DNA from: an uncultured Acidobacteriota bacterium
GTDB lineage: Bacteria; Acidobacteriota; JAQAZP01
DNA length: 64,000 nucleotides
NCBI GenBank assembly: GCA_963836075.1
Contig: CAWIIB010000008.1
Location: 170,093-234,092 of the forward strand
Direction: 5' to 3'
The notes beneath the pieces are model-generated. The model was not told the DNA's origin, did no database searches, and saw nothing but the letters and a program-made list of their open reading frames with translations. Position numbers and translations under genes: made by a program. Positions 52,039 to 62,263 of this stretch are shown here, piece by piece (position 1 is the stretch's first letter; every line of letters begins with the position of its first letter).

Positions 52039-53094
52039 TCAAAACTGTTCCAGGAAGCGGAGGTCACCGCCCGAAAGCAGGCGGATGTCGTTGATGCCGT
52101 AGAGCAACATGGTCAGCCTGGTGAGTCCCAGACCGAATGCGAAGCCCGACCAGAGGTCGGGATCGATGCCCCCGTGGCGCAGCACGTTGGGGTGCACCAG
52201 GCCGCAGGGCAGCACTTCCACCCAGCCGGTCTGCTTGCAGACGCTGCAGCCCTTGCCGTCGCAGAACAGACAGTGCATGTCCAGTTCAAAGCCCGGCTCC
52301 ACAAAGGGGAAGTAGCCGGGGCGCAGGCGGATCTTCACGTCGTCGCGGCCGAAGACCAGTTGCAGCAAAGTTTTCATCGAGTAGATCAGGTGGGCCACCG
52401 AGATGTCGCGGCCGATCATCAGCCCCTCGCACTGGTAGAAAATGCTGTCATGGGATGCATCGGTGGCCTCGTAGCGGAAGCAGCGCCCGGGGGCGATGGC
52501 CTTGAACGGCGGCACGAAGCGATTCATCGCCCGTATTTGCACCGGCGAGGTGTGGGTGCGCAGCAGGTTGCCGTCCTTGAGCCAGAAGGTGTCCTGCATG
52601 TCCCGGGCCGGGTGGTCGGCCGGGATGTTCAGCGCCTCGAAATTGTAGAATTCCGACTCCACCTCGGGACCGTCCAGGACGTGGAAGCCGAGGGAGCCGA
52701 AAATCGCCTCCAGCTTGCGGGAGACGGTGGTAATCGGGTGCAGGTGGCCCCGGCGCGCCCGGCGGCCCGGTGCGCTGATGTCGAGCCAGGCCGAGTCGCT
52801 GCCCAGGGAAGCGTCTTCATCCGATTCAATCCGGGCCAGGCGCGCCTCGATGGCCGCTTCCAGATCTTTCTTGTTCCGGTTCAGAGCCTTGCCCGCCTCG
52901 GCCCGTGCCTCGGGCGGCAGGTCGGCCATGGAGCGCAGCAGGCGGGTCAGCACACCCTTGCGACCCAGGTATGTCACCCGCAGTTCTTCGACCTCGGCGC
53001 GGGTCCTGGCCTGGTGCACCTCTCGTACCACCTCTTCCCGGCGGAACTCGGCAAAGCGGGTGAGAATCAGGTCTCGAATCTCGTTCTGGTCCAT
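52039..53094 (-). CDS. pheS: Phenylalanine--tRNA ligase alpha subunit
   Basis: GHLHP, HPARDMQDTF, LRTHTSPVQIR, YFPFVEP, GFAFGLG. Confidence 0.99.
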   Translation of the reverse strand: MDQNEIRDLILTRFAEFRREEVVREVHQARTRAEVEELRVTYLGRKGVLTRLLRSMADLPPEARAEAGKALNRNKKDLEAAIEARLARIESDEDASLGSDSAWLDISAPGRRARRGHLHPITTVSRKLEAIFGSLGFHVLDGPEVESEFYNFEALNIPADHPARDMQDTFWLKDGNLLRTHTSPVQIRAMNRFVPPFKAIAPGRCFRYEATDASHDSIFYQCEGLMIGRDISVAHLIYSMKTLLQLVFGRDDVKIRLRPGYFPFVEPGFELDMHCLFCDGKGCSVCKQTGWVEVLPCGLVHPNVLRHGGIDPDLWSGFAFGLGLTRLTMLLYGINDIRLLSGGDLRFLEQF

Positions 53095-53120
53095 GACAAC
53101 TCCTTGGCAAGTGGCTGAAA

Positions 53121-53193
53121 ATACTACAAGGTCGGCCGATTGCTGTCAAGAAAGGGGACCCTCTTTGCCAGCGGGTCGGTTTTTGGATAGAAT
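53121..53193. promoter_or_regulatory. Back-to-back sigma70 promoters for pheS (-) and the Na/Pi transporter (+)
   Basis: Minus TTGACA-17-TAGTAT (53149-53121); plus TTGCCA-17-TAGAAT (53165-53193). Confidence 0.7.
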
Positions 53194-53309
53194 GCGATAT
53201 CTTGCTGAAGATCGTTGTGTGATCATCCTTTGATTTCCGGCGGCGGGACCAGCCTTTTCCTCTGCCGCAGGATCACTGTGTGCCCCGGTAAATTCGCACG
53301 AGGCGTCCC

Positions 53310-54614
53310 ATGACTGAAAAAACTGCGGCCCCATGGGTTGGCCGCCTGGGTTCCATCGGCAAGTTCCTGCTGATCTGCCTGGCTCTCAACTTTTTCTTTG
53401 TCAGTATCAAACTGCTGGGTGCTTTCAAAGATCTCGGGTCGGGCTACGGTGAGGAGCTTATCATCCAGCTGGCCAGCAACCCCTTGATCGGCCTGTTGAT
53501 CGGCGTGCTGGTCACCAGCATCGCCCAGAGTTCCTCCATGACCACCTCGCTGGTGGTGGGCCTGGCCGCGGCCGGGGCTCTGGGAAACGAGCCCCTGCTG
53601 GTCCTCTCCCGGGCCGTTCCGATCATTCTCGGGGCCAACGTGGGCACCACGATCACCAACATGATCGTCTCCATCGCCCACATCGGCAACAAGCGGGAGT
53701 TCGAACGGGCTTTCTCCGCCGCGGTGGTCCACGATTTCTTCAACCTGCTGGCGATCTTTGTTATCTTCCCCATCCAGGCATTGACCAATTTTCTCGGGCA
53801 CGCGTCGCTGTGGTTGGCGCGGCTTTTCGTCCACACCGGGGGTGACACGTTTCCCAGCCCGCTCAAGGCGCTGATTGACCCGCAGAAGAAGTTTCTGATC
53901 AAGGTATTCAGCAATCCGGAGTGGATCACCCTGCTGATCCTGTTCACCGTTTCGTCGGCCTTCTTCCTTTCCATGGTTTTTCTCTTCAAACGGCTCCATG
54001 ACGAGAAGGACATCTGGACCGTGACCCTGGTGCTCAGTTTTCTCTTCGCCCTGCTGGGGACGGCGGTCTTCCGTCACGCCGATGTGGTCTTCCGGCCGGA
54101 GATGGCGATCTTCATCTTCGGGCTCGGCCTGCTGTTCACCTCGCTGACCCTTTTCGTCAAGGTGATGCGGACCGCCGTGCTCTCCAAATGGACGTCGCTG
54201 TTCGACGATCACATTTTCAAGACACCTCTGCGTGCGCTCTCCCTGGGAGTGGTGATGACCGCCCTGGTGCAGAGCAGTTCGGTGACCACTTCAATTGTGA
54301 TCCCGCTGGCCGGCGCGGGCATCCTCACGATCCACCAGATTTTCCCCTACACTCTGGGGGCCAATGTGGGTACCACCATCACCGCCATGCTCGCCGCCCT
54401 TTCCACCGGCGAAGTCATTGCCGTGGCCGTGGCTTTCGCCCACCTGTTGTTTAATATTATTGGAATCGTCCTGCTCTACCCGGTCAAGCGGATTCCCATT
54501 GCCTGCGCCCAGTGGCTGGCCCGCTTGACCCTGCGTTCGAGGGTGATCCCGATTCTGTACATAATTGTGCTCTTCTTTGTGGTACCTTTGTTGCTGATCT
54601 GGATTACCGGATGA
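53310..54614 (+). CDS. nptA: Na+/phosphate cotransporter (NptA/SLC34 family)
   Basis: Two QSSS repeats and two LGANVGTTIT repeats; HDFFN and H.LFN. Confidence 0.92.
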   Translation: MTEKTAAPWVGRLGSIGKFLLICLALNFFFVSIKLLGAFKDLGSGYGEELIIQLASNPLIGLLIGVLVTSIAQSSSMTTSLVVGLAAAGALGNEPLLVLSRAVPIILGANVGTTITNMIVSIAHIGNKREFERAFSAAVVHDFFNLLAIFVIFPIQALTNFLGHASLWLARLFVHTGGDTFPSPLKALIDPQKKFLIKVFSNPEWITLLILFTVSSAFFLSMVFLFKRLHDEKDIWTVTLVLSFLFALLGTAVFRHADVVFRPEMAIFIFGLGLLFTSLTLFVKVMRTAVLSKWTSLFDDHIFKTPLRALSLGVVMTALVQSSSVTTSIVIPLAGAGILTIHQIFPYTLGANVGTTITAMLAALSTGEVIAVAVAFAHLLFNIIGIVLLYPVKRIPIACAQWLARLTLRSRVIPILYIIVLFFVVPLLLIWITG

Positions 54615-54634
54615 GCCGGTGAAGGAGTGAATAG

Positions 54635-55318
54635 ATGCTCGATAAAATTCTCAATCTGATCAAGGGCAGCCAGGGGCTGATCGAGGAGGCCCGGCAGGAC
54701 TCCTTCGAGATGATCATCATGGGCAAGGAGATGTTCATTCTCGCCCTTGAAGCTGTGCACCAGGAGACCACCCGTGAGGTGATGAAGACCCTGGCCTCCA
54801 TGGACAAGAATCTGAACAAGCTCGAGATGGGCGTGCGGAAAAAGGTTTTCTCCCACCTGGCCATCTCCCGCGGCGAGGACCTGCTGGAGGGTCTGCAGCT
54901 CAACATCATCATCACCGACCTGGAGCGGATCGGCGATTACACCAAGAATATCGGCGAACTGGTGGAGATGATGCCGGGCAAGATGGACTTCGGCCGCCAC
55001 GATGCCACGTTCCGCAAGGTCAAGGACCTGGCCCTGGAACTGTTCGACATCACCTACAAGGCGTTGGAAGAGAAGGACGAGATGCTGGCCAACGATGCGA
55101 TCCGTAAGTATGACCAGGTCTCCAAGGCCGTGGATGCCCGGATCAAGAAGGTGGTGGCAGGCAAGGAGCTGAGTGAGACGGTGGAGAAGCGCCACGTGGC
55201 CCTGGTGCTGCTGCTCCGCTACACCAAGCGGATTTGCGCCCACCTGAAGAACATCAACACCTCGCTGGTCAACCCCTTCCACCAGATCAGCTACCGGCCG
55301 GGTGCCTACAAGATCTAG
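54635..55318 (+). CDS. PhoU domain protein
   Basis: D..LN.LE..VR and DLERIGDY.KNI; second repeat KRI.AH..NI; follows the phosphate transporter. Confidence 0.88.
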   Translation: MLDKILNLIKGSQGLIEEARQDSFEMIIMGKEMFILALEAVHQETTREVMKTLASMDKNLNKLEMGVRKKVFSHLAISRGEDLLEGLQLNIIITDLERIGDYTKNIGELVEMMPGKMDFGRHDATFRKVKDLALELFDITYKALEEKDEMLANDAIRKYDQVSKAVDARIKKVVAGKELSETVEKRHVALVLLLRYTKRICAHLKNINTSLVNPFHQISYRPGAYKI

Positions 55319-57342
55319 AAGCGGGGTCGGTCGAACCGTATCGGCCGGCCCGCCGAATCCACCACCCGCAGGAAAAAGCCCCAGTCCCTCGAGCTGCGCG
55401 CCGCCATCACCCGCAGCCGGTTCTCTCCCGCCGGCAGATCCACCGGGCAACGCCACTGGTCGATCAGTGCCATCCGGTTTCCGTCCCTGTTCACCAGCAG
55501 CAGTTCCCCGTTCAGTTCCAGCTGGAACGGTCCACTGCACCCGAAGCGGAGCTCCGCTCCAGCCACTGCCTGGTCCTGCTCGACGACGGTTTCAGCCAGG
55601 GCCGCCGGAGGCGCCATCCCCCCCAGGGGGAAGAAGGGCCGGAAATCGACGTAGCCCAACCGGATGCCGCCCGGAGGCGCCGACTGGTGGTAGGGGCTGC
55701 GGGGCAGCTGCTGGTCCGGCGGGTTGAAGACGGGCCCCTGGCCGCTGACCGGTCCTTCGGCCAGCGGGGCTATCTCCCATGTGGTGATGAAGCCGGGGTC
55801 GCTGTCTCGCAGCGAATAGAGGACGAGTTTTCGGCCCTGGTAGCGTTGGCGGAACCGGGGATCGCGGTCCAGTCGCCGCAGCAGAAGCTCCTGGCTCTTC
55901 GAGGCCACCAGGTGCCGGCTGTTGAACAGGCCGCGCACAAAGGGGAAGGGGTCGGCCAGTTTCCCGCTGCGCAGGTTCTGCCAGATGTCGAGATACTGCT
56001 CGCCGTGGGCCAGCATCAGCATCGGGTCCGCGCCCACCAGGTAGTGCTGTTGCGGGGCGTAAAAGAAAAGCTGGGGGAAGTGGACCCAGCGGGTGTGAAA
56101 GACCACCTCTCCGGCACCGGCTTCGGCGTCGAGGATGGCGCAGATATCCCGCATCTCCGGCCGGGCCGCCTTGCCCGTTTCGGCCAGCAGTGTGTCGCTG
56201 ACATAGTCGTGGGTCCGGACGCCGGCCACGGCAAGGAGGATCACGGCCGGCACCGCGGCCCGCATCCACTGCCGGCCCGGAGGCGGCGGCCCGCCGGTTC
56301 CCGCCAGCAGGTCACGGAGCAGGAAGGCCGAGAAGAGCGTGGTGAACACCGCCCAGAACAGGGTGAAGCGGGCGGCGGCCATGGTGAGCACCAGGGTGGA
56401 CAGGCTGCAGAGGAACAGGGAGACGGTCTCACCGGTGATCGGCGGAGTTTTACTTCGCCGGACCAGCAGGACCAGCAGCAGGAAGGCCAGGGACAGGACC
56501 ACCAGCTCGTTGTGCAGCAGCAGGTCGTCGAGGCCCGGGGCTTCGCTCTCCAAGGACTGGATCCCTGCCGGGACGCCGCTGCCCGCCACCAGGCCGGCCA
56601 GCAGCATGCGCCAGTTGAGCAGGGCCAGCAGGTGGGCGAAGTCCCAGCGGTCCGGGTGGACCAGGATGCCGGCGGCCGTGCCGGCCAGGCTGTAGAGCAG
56701 CATCCTCCAGTCCAGCCTTCGTTCGCCGGTCAGCCGCCGGCCGAGATGGAAGAGGAAGGCCAGCCCCACGAACAGGTATGGGGTCGGTCCGGTGAGCGTG
56801 TAGAGCATGCCGAGGAGAACGTGCGGCCAGTGCCGGCGATGACGGCGGGCAAAGAGCGGCACCGCCAGCAGCAGCAGGAAGAGCGAGAGGAGCTCGGGCC
56901 GCGGTTGGGCCAGGCGGAGGAAAAAACCGCCGGCCCCACAGACCAGGGCCGCGGTCCAGAAGAGCGCTCCGGGGCAACGGGAACGGCGGAGCAGAAAACA
57001 GAACAGGGTCAGCAGCGCCGCGCCGAAGACCGAGGCGGCGGTCTTGGCCCGGGCCTCCAGAACGTCAACGTCTTCGCTTCCGGCAAAGGGGGCCAGCGCC
57101 AGGTGATACAGCAGCTCCAGGTCGGCGTAGCCGGTGCTGAAAACGCTGAACTGCATCCAGGGAAACTCCCGTGGGATGCCCTCGGCGCGGATCATCCGTG
57201 CCACACCCATGTGATAGTAGCCCCCGATACCGTAGATGTGCGGGGAGATCCGCTGAGTCCGCTGCAGCAACGCAAAGGAGCAGAGAAACACCACCACCAG
57301 GATCAGCGCCGTTCGTGCCGTTTTGACTTTGGGGACGTACAT
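55315..57342 (-). CDS. Polytopic membrane protein, possibly GT-C-like, with soluble C-terminal domain
   Basis: Many TM segments; YYH...A......G...FPW...S......D..LLYH..LAPF; C-terminal GENRL...WGFFLR; original start probably GTG 57436 (see findings). Confidence 0.7.
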   Translation of the reverse strand: MYVPKVKTARTALILVVVFLCSFALLQRTQRISPHIYGIGGYYHMGVARMIRAEGIPREFPWMQFSVFSTGYADLELLYHLALAPFAGSEDVDVLEARAKTAASVFGAALLTLFCFLLRRSRCPGALFWTAALVCGAGGFFLRLAQPRPELLSLFLLLLAVPLFARRHRRHWPHVLLGMLYTLTGPTPYLFVGLAFLFHLGRRLTGERRLDWRMLLYSLAGTAAGILVHPDRWDFAHLLALLNWRMLLAGLVAGSGVPAGIQSLESEAPGLDDLLLHNELVVLSLAFLLLVLLVRRSKTPPITGETVSLFLCSLSTLVLTMAAARFTLFWAVFTTLFSAFLLRDLLAGTGGPPPPGRQWMRAAVPAVILLAVAGVRTHDYVSDTLLAETGKAARPEMRDICAILDAEAGAGEVVFHTRWVHFPQLFFYAPQQHYLVGADPMLMLAHGEQYLDIWQNLRSGKLADPFPFVRGLFNSRHLVASKSQELLLRRLDRDPRFRQRYQGRKLVLYSLRDSDPGFITTWEIAPLAEGPVSGQGPVFNPPDQQLPRSPYHQSAPPGGIRLGYVDFRPFFPLGGMAPPAALAETVVEQDQAVAGAELRFGCSGPFQLELNGELLLVNRDGNRMALIDQWRCPVDLPAGENRLRVMAARSSRDWGFFLRVVDSAGRPIRFDRPRF

Positions 57343-57424
57343 GAATTTATGACTTTCTTTTGATTCTGGCTTGAATATGAATTCGGACTGTCGAAAAAAG
57401 AATCATAAATTCATGTACGTCCCC
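57331..57424. mobile_element. 94-bp MITE/REPIN-like palindromic element
   Basis: 22-bp perfect terminal inverted repeats GGGGACGTACATGAATTTATGA / TCATAAATTCATGTACGTCCCC around an AT-rich core. Confidence 0.78.
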
Positions 57425-57432
57425 GATGCTGT

Positions 57433-58467
57433 TCACTGGGGATCCTCAGGATATTCCGCCAGGCAGCCCGGGCGGTCCAGCGGGATCTTGCCGCCGCCGT
57501 GCGGCAGGTCGACCATGAACCGGGGCAGGCTGGTGCCGCCGATCGTGGTCCGCAGTTCCTCCAGCAGCGCCGGTCCCAGCTGCAGCGGCGTGCGAAAGTG
57601 TTCGATGCCGGCCACCGGGTCGCACTGGTGGAGGTAGAGCGGCCTTACTCTGATACGGCCCAGGCTGCGCAGCAGTTCCTCCAGTGTCTGCCGGTTGTCG
57701 TTGATCCCGCGGAGCAGCACCGACTGGTTCTCCACCGGAATGCCGGCGCGGAGCAGGCGGTCCACTGCAGCGGCGGCCGCTTCGGTCACCTCCTGCGGGT
57801 GGTTGAAGTGGGTCACCAGCCACAGGGGATGGAAGTTCTCCAGCATCCGGCAGAGCTCGTCGTCCACCCGCATGGGCAGGGTCACCGGCGCCCGGGTGCC
57901 GATGCGCAGCAGTTCCACGTGGGGCAGTGCCCGCAGCGCCGCCAGTATGGCCCTCAGCCTTTCTGTCTCCAGCACCAGCGGGTCACCGCCGGAGAGGATC
58001 ACCTCGCGCACTTCGGGGTGGCGGGAGATGTAGTCCACCCAAGTTCCCAGCGGGTCATCGCCATCCACCAGGTGCCCACCAAAAATCCGCCGCCGCATGC
58101 AGAAGCGGCAGAGTACCGGGCAGTGCCGGGCGGTGAGCAGCAGCACCCGGTCCGGGTAGCGGTGGATCAGACCCGGCACCGGGCTCTCTGCCTCTTCACC
58201 GGTGAAGTCCGCCCCGCGCTCCGGAGTATCAGCCAGCTCATCACCCGAGGGCACGGCCATGCGGATGACGGCATCGTCGGGCCAGGGCTTCACAGCCAGG
58301 GAGAGGTAGTAGGGCGTCACGGCCATGGGGCTGCGCTTTGCCGCCGCCTCCATCTCCGGCGTGCAGGCGAACCCCGGCAACCACCGGGCCAAGTCTCCGG
58401 GTCTGGTGACCCGATTGGCCAGTTGCCACCGCCAGTCGTTCCACTCCTTTGAATTCCCTGAGGCCAT
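57433..58467 (-). CDS. KamA-family radical SAM aminomutase (lysine 2,3-aminomutase-like)
   Basis: W.DWRWQL.N, TPYY.SL, HRYPDRVL, CPVLCRFC.R, SGGDPL, RIGTR.PV..P.R, HFNHP.E, NQSVLL.GIND, GGGKIP. Confidence 0.93.
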   Translation of the reverse strand: MASGNSKEWNDWRWQLANRVTRPGDLARWLPGFACTPEMEAAAKRSPMAVTPYYLSLAVKPWPDDAVIRMAVPSGDELADTPERGADFTGEEAESPVPGLIHRYPDRVLLLTARHCPVLCRFCMRRRIFGGHLVDGDDPLGTWVDYISRHPEVREVILSGGDPLVLETERLRAILAALRALPHVELLRIGTRAPVTLPMRVDDELCRMLENFHPLWLVTHFNHPQEVTEAAAAAVDRLLRAGIPVENQSVLLRGINDNRQTLEELLRSLGRIRVRPLYLHQCDPVAGIEHFRTPLQLGPALLEELRTTIGGTSLPRFMVDLPHGGGKIPLDRPGCLAEYPEDPQ

Positions 58468-58582
58468 TGGTACCCTTTCCGACCCTATTATAACGGCAGC
58501 CGGGACGGATTCTCAGCGTCAGGAATGACCGGGGAAGAAAGGATAGCCACAGGGGCGCCAGGAGGGGGATGGGGATCACTGC

Positions 58583-58614
58583 AGACGGGCTCCGCATGGC
58601 GACGGAGCCCGTCT
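58583..58614. terminator. Strong hairpin downstream of the large secreted protein gene
   Basis: 12-bp stem AGACGGGCTCCG / CGGAGCCCGTCT; no clear U-tract. Confidence 0.5.
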
Positions 58615-58633
58615 CTGACAGGCTCGCTCTTCC

Positions 58634-61600
58634 TTATTGTTTCTGCGGCCCTTCTTCACCGCGGTTTCGTTGCAGATATTCCCCACCCATGAACACGTTC
58701 ATGTCGGTGGTGTTCAGCACACCGTCGCCGTTGTAGTCGGCCACGGCCAGTTCGCCGAGACCCCGTTTGTGCAGTTCCTCCACGGTGATGGAGGTCACCG
58801 GCGGTTTGGGTGAGGCACCGTAACCATCGGTGCAGCAGTTCGCCTCACTACCCTCGAGGAAGTTGATCTGGATGAAGGAGAAGTCGTCGCTGTCGACGAT
58901 GCCGTCACCGCTGGCGTCGGCGTGCGGCGCCGCGGTGACGCAGGGTGTGTCGCCGGACCCGTAGACCGCGAAGTGCTGCCAGCTGAAGACACCGAAGTCG
59001 AGGATGTCGATCCACTCGTCATCGTTGAAGTTCCCGCCGGTCAGCGGCTTGAGCGCCGTGGCAAAATCAGCCACATAGGCCGTGCCCGCAAAGGAGACCG
59101 GCATGGTGCGCCGCAGTGTGTGCAGCTCGTCACGGGCGGTGATGCAGGTGTAGGTGCCGCAGGGCAGGTCGTCGATGGCCACCGTGCCCACGGCCAGGAT
59201 CGGTGTACCGGGCCCGCCGGGCTGGGTGACGTCGAAGGCCACGTCCTTCTGGAGCACGGTGGGGCCGGACGGCACGCCGCAGTCCCACAGCTCGAAGGTG
59301 ATGCAGCGGGTCAGCGTCTGCGGGAAGGGGTCGTCGGTGTTGATCGTCGGCGACAGCTCGAGGGTGACGCTGAGGTCGTTGTACGGGCAGCACGGTGACG
59401 TTGAAAGTGCAGATCGCCGGGTTGCCGCAGTCATCGGTGGCCGTGCAGGTCACGGTGGTGGTGCCGGTGAAACCGGTGCCGGGCGCCGGGACGCAGACCA
59501 CTGCCGGTGAAGGATCGCAGTTGTCACTGGCCACCGGTGTCATCCAGCTGACGACGGCACTGCAGCCGCCGGCATCGGCATTGACCACGATGTCGGCCGG
59601 GCAGACCACCGAGGGCGCAATGGTGTCGTGCACGGTGATCAGCTGGGTGCAGTCGGCAAAGTTGCCGCAGGCGTCGATAGCGCGGTAGGTGCGGGTGATG
59701 GTGCCGGGCAGCTGCAGCCGGTCGAGACTTCACCACGTGAAGGTCACCACCGGGGCCGGGTCGCAGTTGTCGGTGGCCGTCGCCGATCCGGTGTCTGGAG
59801 ACCGGCGAGGTCGCGGGAGTCAGAGCACTCGAACGCTCACCGGAGCGGGGCAGGTGATCGTCGGCGGGGTGGTGTCCACCACGGTGATGGTCTGCACGCA
59901 ACTGACACTGTTGCCGCAGTGGTCGGTGGCCGTCCAGGTACGGGTGATCACCAGTTCCTGCGGGCAAGCCCCGGGGGTGATGCTGTCCGCCCAGGTGACC
60001 ACCGGGGCCGGGTCGCAGTTGTCGGTGGCCGTGGCCCTTCCCACTCCACCTTCTGCATTGCCCAGGACAAAGGCCAGGTCAAGCGGATCACCGGTGACCG
60101 GATCGTCAATTTCATCAAAAAGGACAGGGTTGAGATTGTCGTAGAAACAGGCACTGTCGTTCCAGTTGTCGGTTGAAGACTTCACGCCCCAGTTGGGCAC
60201 TTTCAGGCTCAGTGATGGCGGAGACAACCAGCCAGTAGATGGTTCCTTCGTCCTGGGTGAAAGGATTCCAATCTGGAACCCGGATGTCATATTGGAAGTA
60301 GCGCTGGTGGTCGTTGAGCGTGAACTCCGGCGGGTACGGGCACAGGGTCGAACCATCCCTGATCAGATGAAGGAAACACTTCGGTAACCGTAAAATCGCC
60401 TTCGAACAGGTTCATACCCCAGAGGTAGCTGCCGGGGTGGCTGTATGGCGCGTCAACACCGGCAGGGACATCGGAATAGATATAGAGATAGAATTGGGTG
60501 ATCGTACCGATATTGTCACCCTGCCAGGAACCCCAGAACCGGACATTTTCGATCAGGCCGGTTTCGCTGCACATCCAGTCGTCGGCCAGGATGCGTGCGC
60601 TCACGCCATCATAGAGATAGTCCGCATTGACGTCCCAGCCCAGGGGGTCGGGCTCCTGGGGGAAGTGCATTTTGTGCTCCCAGTCAGCAGTGGGTTCAGT
60701 CGGCAGATCACATTCAACCGTGATGTCCGCCGGGCAGGTGAGCACCGGCGCTTCCGTATCAACCAGGTCGAGGTCCACCAGCACCGCAGGTGCCGTTTGG
60801 CCGTGGTAATCGCTGAGCCTGGTGGGCGGCTCGTGCGGCCGGAAGGTGATCACCCCGGAATCCGCGCAGATTTGGCGCAGTGCGGTGAAGGTCAACCGGG
60901 CCATGGTGGTATCGCCAATGGTGCCGCCGCTGGCGAACGGCGCGTGCACTGCGTAGTCGATGGTGCCCGCCACTTCATCCACCGTTTCAAGAATCGAGCT
61001 ATCAAACGGAGTGTCACCCACGGCGATGCTGATAAAGTCCAGTGCCGTGGTGTCGTATTCGAGGAAGAACTGGCCGCCGACGATGGCGGTGGTGGGGGTC
61101 ACCAGGTCGATGTCCACCTCAACCGTGTCGCCGATCTGGTAGCATTCCTTGTCCGGCGACAGGCGAAGTGTTGTGGGCCCCGTGGGCACGGCACCACTGA
61201 TATTCAGTTCGAAGTATCCTTGTGCCGTGGAAAATCCTTCCACCTGCAGGTAATACTGACCAGGCACGAGCGGGATATCCGCCAAGGTCGAACGATATAG
61301 ATATGCGCAACTGTCATCGTCATCGTTGAAAGCGATCTCATTGCCGCAACAGGCATCGTCATAGAGCCGCAGGTAGGTATCGTAGGCAGTGTCTGCGTTG
61401 CACGTAGTGAAGGTGTAGAGTCCGCCGTCCGGCACGGTGAACGTGTAGTGCATCTCACTGGAATCATTGCCGCAAGCGTCCAGTTCTCCTATGGTATCAC
61501 CGGTTACCGTCGTTGAACTGGGGCAGGCGATCGTACCGAGATCCTGGAGATAGTCATTGCAATCTGGTCCCACAGGGCAGGTTGTGGTGGCACACTCCGT

Positions 61601-62263
61601 CCAATCACCCTGGTACACTCCACCTGCGGCCATGCATTCGCTTTCGGTCAAGTCATCACAACTTCCATCGTTGTAGCAGCAGGCACCGATGTACATCACA
61701 GTTCCGGTGCCATAGGTAGCCGCCGTCGGGTTGCAGGTGGTGGGACCTGAGGAATGGGTTACAACAAGATAGGGTGGGTTGGTATCCGTTCTGCCGTCGA
61801 TATAGAGGTAGTATGTCAAACTGGTGCCGCCGTCGGTTTCTACTATCCCGAGGGGGAACCAGTCATCGGCGAGGTCTGTCTGGAGATCCACCACGGCGGT
61901 GCCGCCCAGGGTCAGTTGTTTCCACCCCGGAGCATAGGTCGATGATTCGGTCTGATGGTTGTAGTATCCGGTGTCCATTTCCGCCGTGATGTCGGCCCAG
62001 AGCGTGGGTCCGTCGGCGGTGAGCGGATCGCTGGTCATGGGTGTGATGGACCAGTAGGGGAAGTAGGTATCATTCACATAAAAATGGAATTCGATTGCCG
62101 TGACCGTGTCGCCGTCCGGGATGGCGGAGATGTCGAAGCGGGCCCAGCCAACTTCGAGCTGCCCGTTGATGGAGCGGATCTCGCCATCCATCTTCGCCGC
62201 CTGGGCGGTGGCCGTGCACAGACAAACCACCAGCGCCAGAAGAATGAGACCTCTGAGATTCAT
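58634..62263 (-). CDS. Large modular secreted protein (GACC Cys-rich repeat, PPC-like, cohesin-like, HYR-like repeats, dockerin/EF-hand-like C-terminus); about five or more frameshifts in 59380-60340
   Basis: Signal [22 protein letters not shown]; [10 protein letters not shown]; YDTYLRLY; GGQFFLEYD...LDF; T(A/P)P..TCPA...ATDNCDPAP repeats; [13 protein letters not shown] and DYNGDG; continuous homology across ORFs 60287..62335, 59820..60356, 59130..59633 and 58634..59434. Confidence 0.75.
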
